IMG/VR virus record: IMGVR_UViG_3300011115_000949
Span: 1 to 64,000 of that record
Source of the DNA: a virus
DNA: 64,000 nucleotides
Strand: one strand, 5' to 3'
Below are positions 40,601 through 50,451 of the stretch, one piece after another (position 1 is the stretch's first letter; every line of letters begins with the position of its first letter). The position numbers and the translations under genes were made by a program. Under the pieces are notes generated by a model. It was not told the origin of the DNA, ran no database searches, and saw only the letters and a list, made by a program, of their open reading frames with translations.

Positions 40601-41020
40601 TCTATTTCTAAATTTAGTTTCAGCAGAAGTAATACCGGGCATTGGTCTATATCCTTGTTCTAGTCCTCCTAATCCATATGCGTTTGTATTTAAAACACTG
40701 TCCCCTGTTGATAATCCTTCAAACATTTTTTTACCGTAAGTAGCAGAGTCTTGATACGTTCCTCCAAATAATACAAAACGAGAATTTAACCCATCTGCCC
40801 CTGTTAAACCGGGACCCGATATTCCTAATTTATTTAATCGTTTTTGACCTTCTGAATTTACTATTACTCCAGAAGTAAGTTTAACCCAACCTGTTTTAGA
40901 ATTTAAATAATTTAGTTGACTTTGAGTTCTATTAAACGAACCGTGAAGTTTTTGTCGGGCGGTTATTTGATTATATACATAATCATCAAATGGTTCTCCG
41001 ACTATATTTCCTTGTGCCAT
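37607..41020 (-). CDS. Baseplate hub-like protein with C-terminal amidase_2-like domain
   Basis: Hub-type N-terminus (LRLGFPMLLEWG; IIKGVTHKIENNTWNTTIE), Thr/Pro linker, then VVIHHTAG...IGIEI...IITH. Confidence 0.65.
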   Translation of the reverse strand: MAQGNIVGEPFDDYVYNQITARQKLHGSFNRTQSQLNYLNSKTGWVKLTSGVIVNSEGQKRLNKLGISGPGLTGADGLNSRFVLFGGTYQDSATYGKKMFEGLSTGDSVLNTNAYGLGGLEQGYRPMPGITSAETKFRNRGAIRDGSVNIKVWNRKQLEIIDILYLRLGFPMLLEWGHSIVIDSSGNVNANPNYSISSEFSKRAYQKDNDVLKALEKKREESGGNYDGMYGRVQNFSFSYNKDGSYDVDLKLISIGAVVESLKANVKVGTKENPTEDTSKSTEEELNNDWEWITAHRYSHYIGNEFFKYYQELDGNVDFLANSSRYDGDGFQLTKTIYATIVGLITDNGFRLNKAGRYLSLSTDQTQVYYVKFGWLRFLLQNIVPIDSKTREPVLKIVKFNKDNKIDLDEPIPMYTHNSQLSGDLRICLVGGFNIAPHPFFDNKLNPDKAPLEIYPFLNDSTTSFKYLAQDNKTLIGNLNNVYVNMGFVLKKMSELKNEKNELTLIDLIQTILDSINSALGGINTLSVNIIENTNELQFVDETPLPKGVYPDEENKYDNSPALLVQGYYDNGTQAGFIKDISIKTEISNQLASLITIGATANGSIVGEDATAFSKWNEGLEPIIKEKLQYPTETNSNDFPPKPQDLDTLFKENEPLINRFFKWFSEEVKWKDSFDNYNLNEGDSSSEMYSKYLQLVIQYETLQKEIQNKKKPVNPTSSKGFFPLNVSVTMDGLAGVKIYQKLKIDASFLPSNYPDVLDFIIKGVTHKIENNTWNTTIETVSVPKIEATDVTSDVGRGNVTATGIPTPTQTAPSPSTNTAESRPQGRNTTNTANTYVNNTDCKSYLKRSPGFTEIDTQGTPIRWLKATNYDICQPNKSFTTSEYKKTSVVIHHTAGWAKYSPQYSGEFGGVGWWGWCAVNGTPINGKPNFRWAPGAPYVLNGLGEILRMPNDKASYNTTGGDANAFGIGIEIDNVGALRRDNVKGVFKHYSYGIGQYIEDAEGPKKYFMNKGWNNRMVSLGDGISAMTDWNLKPLCDRKDYKNSTYCKDSAGRETGYAQEYSPAQIKALEAWIHEMFQKHGMKPFVWEGENTFRRVFPIQPNYEKNLSIITHRCWANIKNDSMPTLELVKLLIRVGRK

Positions 41021-41025
41021 AACAT

Positions 41026-41322
41026 TTATGAATTTAATTTATTAAAATTACTTACTATAATATTAGCATTATCAGGTATTCTAATTTGTATTCCTTCTGG
41101 TATTACTAATGAATTTTGGGGCAAAAAATTATTTGCTGTAGATATAATCCACCACAATGATTGATCTTGATAATATTGGTTTGCTAAAATATCAAATCTA
41201 TCTCCTTGAACTGTTGTAACATAAATATCATTCTCATTTAATGGAATTTCAGGATATTTAACTGTCCTATAAACAGGTTTATTATTTATTTTTATTGTTG
41301 GTATGTTTAAATAACGGTTCAC
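41026..41322 (-). CDS. LysM-like baseplate protein (gp53/P2 X-like)
   Basis: TVQGDRFDILANQYY...LWWII..AN...G.QIRIP. Confidence 0.8.
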   Translation of the reverse strand: MNRYLNIPTIKINNKPVYRTVKYPEIPLNENDIYVTTVQGDRFDILANQYYQDQSLWWIISTANNFLPQNSLVIPEGIQIRIPDNANIIVSNFNKLNS

Positions 41323-41329
41323 AATTTAA

Positions 41330-44300
41330 TTATTTTTTAGCTTTAATTTTAAATAATTCTTCTTTTTTAGGAATAATTGGAGTAACTCCAGGAATGCCTG
41401 TAAATGATTTTTGTGGGCCAAATTTATTATTTATTGCATTAAGTTCGGCTGTAGAAAGAGTTTTAGCATACGGACTTGATATATATGTTGTGCCTGTAGT
41501 TTTGTCTGTAACAATAACATTTGATCTATCTGATTGTAGAGGTTTTGGTAAAAAATCTTTATTATTTATTCCTTTAGGAACAGGTGTATCTTTAGGAGGA
41601 ACAGGTGTGTCTCTATCACCTCCATTGTTAGTTTCTATTGGAGGCCTTGGTGGTAGAGGTGGGTATGTGGGATCAATAACTTTAATTGTTGGTTTAATTG
41701 TTATTGGGTCGGGTGTTGAAGATTTAATTTTAATTGGGTCTATTTTTTCAAGTTTAGATTCTTCAGTTTGTACAATTGGATCACCACATGCTTCTGATGT
41801 TTGATCTTCTCCTTTAAAATTATCATATCCACTATATGCCCCATCTGTAAGACTAATAAATGGTGTGTTTTTTAAATTATTCCATTGAGCTTTTCTAGGA
41901 ACAAAATCATGAATTGGGGTAAAGCTAAATCCTGTAACTTTTATAATGTGGGCTAATTCTTTAACTGATTTATCTTTGTCTCCTTTTGCATCAATTCCTA
42001 TCTCCCAAGGAGTATTTTCATCCATTTCAAATGATAATCCAGTTATAAATCCAACTTGTTCATAAAAATATCCACCAATTGTTAGTGAAACTAAAGGACC
42101 TCGCATATAACCGTATCCACTATAATCCGGGGCTAAATTTGAAGCTAAATAATTTAGTTTTCTATACATTACCATTAATTCTTTTTTAGATTGAGCGGCT
42201 ACTGTAAACGATAATGAAACTTTTCTATCAAATCCCTTATAAGTATAAAAATTTTCACCTCTTCCCACATACTGCATAGAATCCCAATTTCCAGTGTAAT
42301 TATCTGTTATACTTCCTAAAAATGCTCTAAAATGCATATATACTTTATTACTACTTCCTCCACTATCAATAGCCGCTATTCTAAATTGAATTAAATCATT
42401 TGTAGGTTTATTTATATCGTCAGGACCACTACTGTTATATAATTCTAAAGCATTTATTTTATCATAAGAAGTAGAAGAAGCAGCTCCAGAACCATTATAA
42501 CCATAACTATAATTTTTTATATTTCTATCTGATGGATAAAATCCTGGGTCTCCTAAATTTACTCTCTTTTCAAGATAATATTCATCATAATCTGGGGAAG
42601 TTGAAAGTACGTTAAAAGCCGTTTTCTTTTGAATTGGATCATCTAATAATTTAGCTCTTGCTCTTATTTTACATCTAAAATCAAAAGGACGTACTCCATT
42701 ATATTTAGTAATAGGATTAAATTTTTCAAGTGAAAGTGTAGTTGTTTCATTTAAATCTTCTTGATACCAAGTATAAGCATTTCCTACTACAGCTATTGAA
42801 TCTCCTCCAACCCCTACTTCAAGTACTGTTCCCCATTTACTGCCAAAAGAATAAACCTTTGGTTGTTCATTTCCTTGATAATAATTGTTATAAGATGTAC
42901 TAAACAATGATGCTTTCCAGTTTACGTCTTTAATAGCGTTCATCATGTCTTCTACATCTAAATTTTTATTAGAGCCAAAGTAAGCAGCATATGTAGTTGT
43001 TAAATTAATAGGTAATACGCGGGATGGGTATACATTTCCTGTTATTTCATTATTTCTATGAAATACACCAGACTCTAATTTTATTTTATTAAATGTTTGT
43101 GATATAGCATTACCATTATCATCAAAAGAAGTAATTAATACACGAGGGTCAATATCATTAGAAGGTTGATGAAGTGGAGGTTGTTCTGGCAAAGTGTCAC
43201 CATCATCTATTACTCCTCTAAATAATAATCCTGTTCTACTTAAAAAAGTTTTTTTAGGATTTTTTCTAAATGAAGGAAGAAATCCTTCAGCCGGAGATCC
43301 GTTTTCATTTCTATAAACACTAGGGTTAAATTTGAATATAGTAGAAGAGTCTCCAGATAAATTATATCCATCTTCACCTTCAGGAAATAATAAATTAGGA
43401 TTACTGTCGTCAGATATTATTTTTGAATAAACACTACTTAATGTATTTCCATTTAATATTCTTCCACCTTCAAGAAATACAGATGGACGAGTAAAGGTAC
43501 TAAAATCTCCTACTCCTGATTCTTTAAAACCAGCATAATATAAAGGTAAACTAGGGTTATTAATTCCTGTTCTTAATGGAGCCGCTCCAAAACTGTCAGT
43601 AGCAAATTTAATTCGAGTTTGACCTATTCCTAAAATAGACCCAGGACCACCAGTATATGTAATAATATCTGGGGCCATTGATGTATTGTACTGTTTAAAA
43701 TACCAAAGATTAAGTAGTCTATTTGTAAATTTGCCTGGTACTTGAACAGTTGTTGGGGGTAAATACTGGGGTATTCCTTGCTCTTCTGGGGTTTGAGGAG
43801 GGTTAAAATTTATTGGATCATTTGTTACATCAAGTCCTTCTACTTTTCTAGTATATGTTTCTAAATTATAATTATCTACAGATTGCTGAGCACTTAAATA
43901 TGCAGGATTTACTTCTGGATAATTTACATATGAGTTAGGGAATTTATTGTTGTTATTAAAATTTAAAGGGGAGTTATATGTCCCCATTACTTCTTGATAT
44001 GTCTTTATAGAACCTCTTAAACCAGGAATTGGGTTTAATCCCTGTTTATTAAAATGAAAACCAAATGCATTAACACCTGCTTGAGCTAATGTAGATAGAG
44101 GTGTATAAACGCCTTCATTTAATATTTTACCACTAGCTTCTGTTCTTGGGGCTAATCTAGAAAGTAAATTTTGTTTTAATGTAAATGCTATTCCATTAAA
44201 AGACTTTACATCAGCAAAATACTTACCTAACCTAATTACATCTGTTACAGATGATATAGGAGCACCTACTACTCCACCACGTAGTAAAAAATCATTGCTT

Positions 44301-44449
44301 AAAAAATTTAAAGCTGGGGGTAAATTAACATTAAAGGGTTTTTTAATATAAGGTTGATTACTAGAACTTCCCCCTTCCCTGTCGTGTCCGTATTTTAAAC
44401 TTTTTAAGCCGGTATCAGGTAATATATCTCCTAATGATATAAAAGCCAT
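41330..44449 (-). CDS. Baseplate/tail-tube initiator-like structural protein
   Basis: FRAFL..ITD.Y...W....Y.GR.E.FYTY.GF.R.VSL.F tube-like domain; position after tape measure. Confidence 0.6.
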   Translation of the reverse strand: MAFISLGDILPDTGLKSLKYGHDREGGSSSNQPYIKKPFNVNLPPALNFLSNDFLLRGGVVGAPISSVTDVIRLGKYFADVKSFNGIAFTLKQNLLSRLAPRTEASGKILNEGVYTPLSTLAQAGVNAFGFHFNKQGLNPIPGLRGSIKTYQEVMGTYNSPLNFNNNNKFPNSYVNYPEVNPAYLSAQQSVDNYNLETYTRKVEGLDVTNDPINFNPPQTPEEQGIPQYLPPTTVQVPGKFTNRLLNLWYFKQYNTSMAPDIITYTGGPGSILGIGQTRIKFATDSFGAAPLRTGINNPSLPLYYAGFKESGVGDFSTFTRPSVFLEGGRILNGNTLSSVYSKIISDDSNPNLLFPEGEDGYNLSGDSSTIFKFNPSVYRNENGSPAEGFLPSFRKNPKKTFLSRTGLLFRGVIDDGDTLPEQPPLHQPSNDIDPRVLITSFDDNGNAISQTFNKIKLESGVFHRNNEITGNVYPSRVLPINLTTTYAAYFGSNKNLDVEDMMNAIKDVNWKASLFSTSYNNYYQGNEQPKVYSFGSKWGTVLEVGVGGDSIAVVGNAYTWYQEDLNETTTLSLEKFNPITKYNGVRPFDFRCKIRARAKLLDDPIQKKTAFNVLSTSPDYDEYYLEKRVNLGDPGFYPSDRNIKNYSYGYNGSGAASSTSYDKINALELYNSSGPDDINKPTNDLIQFRIAAIDSGGSSNKVYMHFRAFLGSITDNYTGNWDSMQYVGRGENFYTYKGFDRKVSLSFTVAAQSKKELMVMYRKLNYLASNLAPDYSGYGYMRGPLVSLTIGGYFYEQVGFITGLSFEMDENTPWEIGIDAKGDKDKSVKELAHIIKVTGFSFTPIHDFVPRKAQWNNLKNTPFISLTDGAYSGYDNFKGEDQTSEACGDPIVQTEESKLEKIDPIKIKSSTPDPITIKPTIKVIDPTYPPLPPRPPIETNNGGDRDTPVPPKDTPVPKGINNKDFLPKPLQSDRSNVIVTDKTTGTTYISSPYAKTLSTAELNAINNKFGPQKSFTGIPGVTPIIPKKEELFKIKAKK

Positions 44450-44703
44450 TATTGTGGCAAGTTATTAATATACTGTGTTGGAGTTAAACCATTCAAATCT
44501 AACTGTGATGGAGCAGGTAAAATATTAGCAGCTCCGTCAATATATTGCTGATATTGAGCGTTTACAGTTTGAGCATTAGCTCCATTAAGTGAATACTCTT
44601 GTAATTCAGATTGAGGAGTAGATAATGGATTTATTGCTACTGATCCACCATTTGCTATAGATAGTGTAGATCCTTGAAGTGTTAGTTTGTTTAATAATCC
44701 CAT
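44449..44703 (-). CDS. Small hypothetical virion-region protein
   Basis: Own late-type motif at 44729-44736. Confidence 0.6.
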   Translation of the reverse strand: MGLLNKLTLQGSTLSIANGGSVAINPLSTPQSELQEYSLNGANAQTVNAQYQQYIDGAANILPAPSQLDLNGLTPTQYINNLPQ

Positions 44704-44737
44704 AATATTATGTTTTTAATTGTTTGTTATAAATATA

Positions 44738-47700
44738 TTATAATTTAGAAGTATTTACCTTAGTACCAGTACCTATATCTGTAGCTTGGTTAGATACTGC
44801 TGTTACTACATTTTTAGCTAACACTTCTTTATTTAATTGAAGTGTGCTGTTTACTGTTAAAGGTGCGCCTTTAAGAGCGGTGGCCACTGCTGCTCCTATA
44901 GCATTGTAATCAATAGATATTGATGTTTTTTCGGTTTTAGATTTAATTGACCCGGCAGGTTTAATTTCCATAGCCTTTCCAGCCATTGATTTTACATCAT
45001 CTCCTTTTTTAAAGGATATATCATTTGTTGTAGCTACAACATTATCATTATTGTTTAATTCTATAGCACCTTCAGGTGCAAGTAAAGTACGTTTTCCATA
45101 TCCTCCTCCACCTTGTGCTGGCGAGAATACGTCATTACCTTTAAATTTATTATATAATGCCATACCTCCAGCAATTGCAGCTGCTGCTGCTCCAAACGCT
45201 AAAATAGGACCAATAATAGGAATACCTGCTACTGCACTTGCTGCTTTTAAAGCCCATTTACCTACATCTACTAACATTCCCGGAAGAGATTTTAATCTTG
45301 TTAATACAGATGCTTTTCCTACAGCCCCTTCAGCGGCTGCTGTTCTTAATTTTGCAGATGCTCTAAATTGTTCTGTGGCTAGTGATATTTTATCTTTAAC
45401 TGCTCCTAAAGCTTTTTGAGCATTTTCTTTTATAACATAACCTAATCCTTGTTTTTTAGCTAAGTTTTTTGCTTTTTCATTTACAATATAATCTTTTTGC
45501 AACATGTTATTAGCATATTGCGCTTTATTAGCTTGTTGATCTGTGATGAATCCTAATTTTTTAGATATATTAATTCTACCCTGAGTAGTAAATATAGAAA
45601 ACATACTCTTAAGTATCTTGCCCATACCTTTACCTATACTTCCCGTTAATAATTTCCATGTAACCATTAAACCAATTACTGGAGATAAAAAGTTAGATAA
45701 TCTACCTAAAAGACTAGCTATCATTCCAACAGGTTTTAATATAAGCATAAAAATGTCTAAAACTGGTAGTAAAGGTGTAACTAAAGAAACAAATACTTCT
45801 TTTAATTTTTCAATAGTTTGATTAAAACGCTCTTGAACACTTTGAGAATTCATCATGTCTTTAAGTTGACCTTTTCTTACTTCTTCTTGAGCTTTTTCTA
45901 AACCAACAGCTTTAACTCTAGCTTCAAAAGCACGTTTAGCTGCTTCAGATTGGTCTTTACCCATTGTTTTTAAAGCTTGTTCTTGAACTAAAGTAGCGGC
46001 TAATTCTTCTCTACTCATTCCAACTGATTTAGCTATAGCTTCTTGTTGAATACGGTTCATTTTAGAAAACTCATTTATATCACCATATTGTTTTCTAATT
46101 TCTTTTGCTAAAGTAACTTGATCATTATTTAATGCTGCTAAACGAGCTCTTTCTAAGTTTATATTTTTACCAGTTAATAATTCTGCTTCTAATTCAGCTC
46201 CTATTGAATCTTCAAATTGTAATAAATGACCTGCAACTTTGTCTAATTGCTCCATTGTCATACCTAATGCTTTAGCAGTAGCTACTGCTTCACCCAATTT
46301 ATTAGGCATACCAGCATACGATGCAAGTGTAGCTTTAGATAATTTAGATATATCATCTAAAACTTCTCGTTCATTTAACATTACCCCGAGTTGATTGCCA
46401 GTTATTTTAGCACTAGCCATCATAGTAGTTACATTTTTTTCTAAATTACCACCTGTAGCAGATGTTAATACTTGTAATTTGGATAATGTTTCTTGAGATA
46501 CTCCCGCTATGTCTCTAAATTTAGCCATCGCTACAGCATCTTTTTCATTAAGTATAGCGTTTGTACCTAATTGTTTACCTATAGCTTGATAAGATTCCAT
46601 TATGCCTTTAGTAGTAACACCTATTGTATTACTTTTATTAGCTATAATGTTTGCTTGATTAGCTATGCCTGCTGCTGCAGAATAACTCATGTTCATGTTT
46701 TTAGCAAATTCTCCTGTTTTAGCATCTATCATTTTAAATGCATCTACAATTCCTTTTACTAAAAACCCTATTATAAAAAGAGGATCTTTTAAATTTTTAA
46801 CTAAATTACCACCTAAATCTTTTACATATGTATTTAATACTTGAGTTCTTTGATTAATTAAAGATTGATTTTTAAGTGCTTCTTGAGATTGTTTTATTTG
46901 TTCTTTATTAAGATCTAATGATTTCTTCTGAGCCCCTATTGCTTCGTTTAATTTTTTTAATTTATCTTCCTCTAATTTAAGTTGTTCTTTTTCTTGGGCA
47001 TTTTGAGATTTTAAAAAATCTAATTTTAATTGTTGTCTTTTTAAGATATCTCCACCTTTGCCTTCTCTAATATCTTCAACACTTAAATTTTTAGTATTTA
47101 AATCTTTTATTTCTTTTTCAAGTTGTAATTCTTTTTGAAGTTGTTTTTCAATATCAGGAAAACTAGCTTTAATTTTACTAATAGCTTGTTCTGAGTCTAT
47201 TTGTTCTTTTAAATTTTTATTAATGTTTTCCTCTAGACTTAAATTTTGATCTGTTAAATCTTTTACAATTTTTTCATTTTTAATTTTATTTTGTAACAAT
47301 TCATCTGCTTTTTCTTGAGCAGCTTTTAATGCTTTATCTAAACCTAAAGTTTCTCCTAATCTTCCTAAACCTAAATTATTAAGTGTGGATTTAAGACCTT
47401 CAGCAGTTGCTCCAGTTAAACCCATTATTTTATCAAATTGTTTAGATTGGTTTACTGAGTTTTCTAGTGATTTGTTTAATTCTTTAAGAGATATATCTTG
47501 TTGAGTTAGTAGATTTTCTACTGTGCTGTATTTACTTGATAATCTATCAGTGCCAACTATTTGTTTTTCTAATTGTGCATTTATTTCTTTTAATGCATCT
47601 TTAGCTTGTTGGTTATTAGCATTAGATTTTAATTGTTGTTGTAAATTTCTTTGTTTTAGTTCTAGTTGTTTTTCTACAGCTTTTGAATATGCTATTTCTT

Positions 47701-48118
47701 CTTCTAATAATGCTTTAGCTCTAAATAATCTATCACTTTCTATTTTAGCCTTTACCTGTAGTTTTTCTATTTCTTGGGTAGACATTCTATTATACCCAGC
47801 TTGATGAGAAGATAATTGTTGAGCGATACTACTTAAATTTTTAAATGCTAAAGTAGTTTGTTGTGCTCCTGCACTAGTATTTTTGACTTCTCCAACTAAA
47901 CGTTGGAAATTACTAACTAAATAATCGGTTTCAGTACTAGCTGATCTAAGCCTATCACCAAATGTTTTAGAAAGAGCATTAATTGCATTTTGGTCCTCTT
48001 TAATAGGTTTAAGATGCCCCGCAATTTTATCAAAATCTTCACCTAATGAAGATAGAGTTTTTCTAAGTTCATCTAGTTGTTTTTTTAATTCATTTGCTTC
48101 TTCTGGGGTAGTTGCCAT
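44738..48118 (-). CDS. Tail tape measure protein
   Basis: 1126 aa, Ala/Lys/Leu-rich helical, hydrophobic segments near the C-terminus; downstream of tube and chaperone genes. Confidence 0.85.
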   Translation of the reverse strand: MATTPEEANELKKQLDELRKTLSSLGEDFDKIAGHLKPIKEDQNAINALSKTFGDRLRSASTETDYLVSNFQRLVGEVKNTSAGAQQTTLAFKNLSSIAQQLSSHQAGYNRMSTQEIEKLQVKAKIESDRLFRAKALLEEEIAYSKAVEKQLELKQRNLQQQLKSNANNQQAKDALKEINAQLEKQIVGTDRLSSKYSTVENLLTQQDISLKELNKSLENSVNQSKQFDKIMGLTGATAEGLKSTLNNLGLGRLGETLGLDKALKAAQEKADELLQNKIKNEKIVKDLTDQNLSLEENINKNLKEQIDSEQAISKIKASFPDIEKQLQKELQLEKEIKDLNTKNLSVEDIREGKGGDILKRQQLKLDFLKSQNAQEKEQLKLEEDKLKKLNEAIGAQKKSLDLNKEQIKQSQEALKNQSLINQRTQVLNTYVKDLGGNLVKNLKDPLFIIGFLVKGIVDAFKMIDAKTGEFAKNMNMSYSAAAGIANQANIIANKSNTIGVTTKGIMESYQAIGKQLGTNAILNEKDAVAMAKFRDIAGVSQETLSKLQVLTSATGGNLEKNVTTMMASAKITGNQLGVMLNEREVLDDISKLSKATLASYAGMPNKLGEAVATAKALGMTMEQLDKVAGHLLQFEDSIGAELEAELLTGKNINLERARLAALNNDQVTLAKEIRKQYGDINEFSKMNRIQQEAIAKSVGMSREELAATLVQEQALKTMGKDQSEAAKRAFEARVKAVGLEKAQEEVRKGQLKDMMNSQSVQERFNQTIEKLKEVFVSLVTPLLPVLDIFMLILKPVGMIASLLGRLSNFLSPVIGLMVTWKLLTGSIGKGMGKILKSMFSIFTTQGRINISKKLGFITDQQANKAQYANNMLQKDYIVNEKAKNLAKKQGLGYVIKENAQKALGAVKDKISLATEQFRASAKLRTAAAEGAVGKASVLTRLKSLPGMLVDVGKWALKAASAVAGIPIIGPILAFGAAAAAIAGGMALYNKFKGNDVFSPAQGGGGYGKRTLLAPEGAIELNNNDNVVATTNDISFKKGDDVKSMAGKAMEIKPAGSIKSKTEKTSISIDYNAIGAAVATALKGAPLTVNSTLQLNKEVLAKNVVTAVSNQATDIGTGTKVNTSKL

Positions 48119-48155
48119 CTAAATATTTTGTTATAAATATTAAAATTTTATAACT

Positions 48156-48518
48156 TTATTTATATTTTGCAGGTTTTTTAGGTAAAACACCAGGTTTAGA
48201 TGTTGGAGGAGTTGGTTGATTTTGAAATAGACTACGGTTTTTAACTAATCCATCAGTACCTATAGCTACATTTTCTTGATTGTTTGTGGATTTGTCATAT
48301 TCTTCACGTTCTTTATCATAATGTTCTTTAATTTGATTAAATGTAAATAATCTTAACCAAACTGGCATGTTATATATAGTATGCCAATCATATCCACCAT
48401 TACCGTGAAATACAATTTGATGTATTTGTGAAAATAAATTTAATCTAAATTCAGCTGCGTTAGATAGCGTCAGGCCAAAAAAAGTTAAGTCCAATTGGAA
48501 TGTCAACGGATTTTTCAC
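48156..48518 (-). CDS. Tail-assembly chaperone second frame (gp51/GT-like), likely reached by frameshift
   Basis: YDWHTIYNMPVWLR motif; overlaps 3' end of the upstream gene in the +1 frame; no early ATG. Confidence 0.65.
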   Translation of the reverse strand: MKNPLTFQLDLTFFGLTLSNAAEFRLNLFSQIHQIVFHGNGGYDWHTIYNMPVWLRLFTFNQIKEHYDKEREEYDKSTNNQENVAIGTDGLVKNRSLFQNQPTPPTSKPGVLPKKPAKYK

Positions 48519-49215
48519 TCCCGTCGGGAAAAAAAGTTAGATTAATATCTGGTTGTACTTTTCTAACATAATCTCGTAATGCTCGAGAATCCATAGCTAA
48601 TAAATTATTATCCACAAATTCCCTAATGGTTTTAACCATTCTGTCTCCGTTTACAGATGTTATAAGATATTTTAATCTTGTTGATATTTCAGGGGAAGCG
48701 TCTTTTTTAATTTTTTTCAAACCTTCTAATTCTTCTGATATTTTTCTTTCATCAGCGTGAGTTAAAATTTTAAATGTAATGTTTGTATTTGACGTAGGTA
48801 ATACGTATGTAAATTCATTTACATTAGGAGTAATCAAAGACATATCTAATGGTTTATTGTCTAATTTAGATAAATCTATTACTTCTTCTACTCCGTTATA
48901 AGTAAAACTATAATTAGCTCCATATCCTAATACACGAGCTGCTACCATGATTGCATTTTTATCTCCAACAATTAAATCATCATAATTAATAGGAGACACG
49001 ATTAATTCTTTCATTAATCTATCAAGTACTGTTCCTTTTTGAATATATGTTTGGTTTGATAAAATATCTTCATGAGCGGCGGTCATATAACGAATTTCAA
49101 CATAACCACTAGATAATGGATTTTCCTTAGGATAAAATAAACCCTTTGAAGGCAATTCAATTGTTTCTGTTGGAAAATTAAACTTTGGTGTTTCTTGATT
49201 TGCAACTTGTTCCAT
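48460..49215 (-). CDS. Tail/baseplate-hub assembly chaperone (T4 gp26-like)
   Basis: IELPSKG..YP, MTA.HEDIL, GDKNAIMVAAR, C-terminal NFFWP. Confidence 0.8.
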   Translation of the reverse strand: MEQVANQETPKFNFPTETIELPSKGLFYPKENPLSSGYVEIRYMTAAHEDILSNQTYIQKGTVLDRLMKELIVSPINYDDLIVGDKNAIMVAARVLGYGANYSFTYNGVEEVIDLSKLDNKPLDMSLITPNVNEFTYVLPTSNTNITFKILTHADERKISEELEGLKKIKKDASPEISTRLKYLITSVNGDRMVKTIREFVDNNLLAMDSRALRDYVRKVQPDINLTFFPDGSEKSVDIPIGLNFFWPDAI

Positions 49216-49290
49216 AATTTTTATTTAGTGTAACTTTTTGTTTATTATAAATATATAAAAATTTAAAAATTTATCAAGTTTAAATTAAAT

Positions 49291-49803
49291 TTATTGTAAA
49301 TAAGGTTGAATAGCTGATAAATATGTGTTTTCGTTATTAAACTGTCCATTAAATTTCATAGCAGCTTTTCCAGGTATTGTAGAAAATCCTGTAGTTGTTG
49401 GAGAAGAACCTTGTGAACTTGGAGGATAAATAGTAGGATCATTTACATCTTTATAATTAGAGCCAGCATCGGGGTCAGTATTATCTAAAGATGTAATACG
49501 TAGTATGCCTGGGGTTTCCGCGTTACTAGACAATAAACTGTGATTTACTAATCTCCCGTCTACATTATCTAAATAGGTGCTAGTTGGAGTATATCTAGGG
49601 ATAAAACGGATTGTTGGGCCCGGGTTTGCTCTTAATGTAGGAGTACCTGTAGTTGTTGCAGGGTACTGAGTTTGTAAATCTTTATTTGGACCACCTAATT
49701 TATTAGGGTTTTCTAAATCTAAGTCTGTTTTATCAAATGAATTAATTAATCCTCGTTTATCTGGAGGGAGGACAGGACTTAATGGATTAGGTTGAGCTGC
49801 CAT
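49291..49803 (-). CDS. Hypothetical late protein, Pro/Thr-rich with internal duplication
   Basis: Repeated units TDLD..YP..TYL and TSLD..YP..TYL; late-type motif 49813-49820. Confidence 0.6.
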   Translation of the reverse strand: MAAQPNPLSPVLPPDKRGLINSFDKTDLDLENPNKLGGPNKDLQTQYPATTTGTPTLRANPGPTIRFIPRYTPTSTYLDNVDGRLVNHSLLSSNAETPGILRITSLDNTDPDAGSNYKDVNDPTIYPPSSQGSSPTTTGFSTIPGKAAMKFNGQFNNENTYLSAIQPYLQ

Positions 49804-49827
49804 ATTTTGATTATAAATATTGTAAAC

Positions 49828-49855
49828 AAAAAAAGCTCGCCGTGTGGCAAGCTTT
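49828..49855 (-). terminator. Intrinsic terminator after tail tube gene
   Basis: Sense AAAGCTTGCC-ACAC-GGCGAGCTTT-TTTT. Confidence 0.8.
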
Positions 49856-49876
49856 AATTGTAAATTTAAATATTAA

Positions 49877-50365
49877 TTAGTAGTTTAGGATACAATAGTC
49901 CATACCAAGTGTTACTTGGATATTAATTGCTGCTGCTTCAGTATCCCAATTGTATTCACCAAAGTTTGCAGATTTAATAAATGCTCCTTTAATAATCCAT
50001 TCACTTACTATATCACCTACAGGACCCAATACGTTGATAGTTACATCTTTCTTATAGAAATCAGAATAACCATCACGGCCTGTTACTGATTCATGATGTA
50101 AACGTACCCATTCCATTACTGCTTGAGCACCAGAAGGAGTGATTGGATCAAATAAAGTCATTTGCATGTCTGCCCATTTAGCTTTACCTTTAATTTTACG
50201 GTAAACGTTAATGTGGTTCAATTGGATTTCTCCCATTTCTACACTTACAGCAGCAATTTGCTTAATAGTGTAAGAAGGAATTCCATCTACATACATTATA
50301 AACCTGTTTGCTACTTTAGGTTCAAATGCTGTAAAAAATATTTCGTTAGGTGATAATACTGCCAT
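49877..50365 (-). CDS. Tail tube protein (T4 gp19-like)
   Basis: FEPK..NRF, GK.KW, W....H...TG..GY..FYKK, W...GAF; follows sheath. Confidence 0.88.
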   Translation of the reverse strand: MAVLSPNEIFFTAFEPKVANRFIMYVDGIPSYTIKQIAAVSVEMGEIQLNHINVYRKIKGKAKWADMQMTLFDPITPSGAQAVMEWVRLHHESVTGRDGYSDFYKKDVTINVLGPVGDIVSEWIIKGAFIKSANFGEYNWDTEAAAINIQVTLGMDYCILNY

Positions 50366-50413
50366 TTTGTTTTTGTTTTAGTTTCTGTTGTTTATTATAC
50401 GTATTTTCATTTT

Positions 50414-50441
50414 AAAAAATCTTCCCCTTTTCAGGGGAAGA
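50414..50441 (-). terminator. Intrinsic terminator after sheath gene
   Basis: Sense TCTTCCCCT-GAAA-AGGGGAAGA-TTTTTT. Confidence 0.85.
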
Positions 50442-50451
50442 ATTTAAATTA

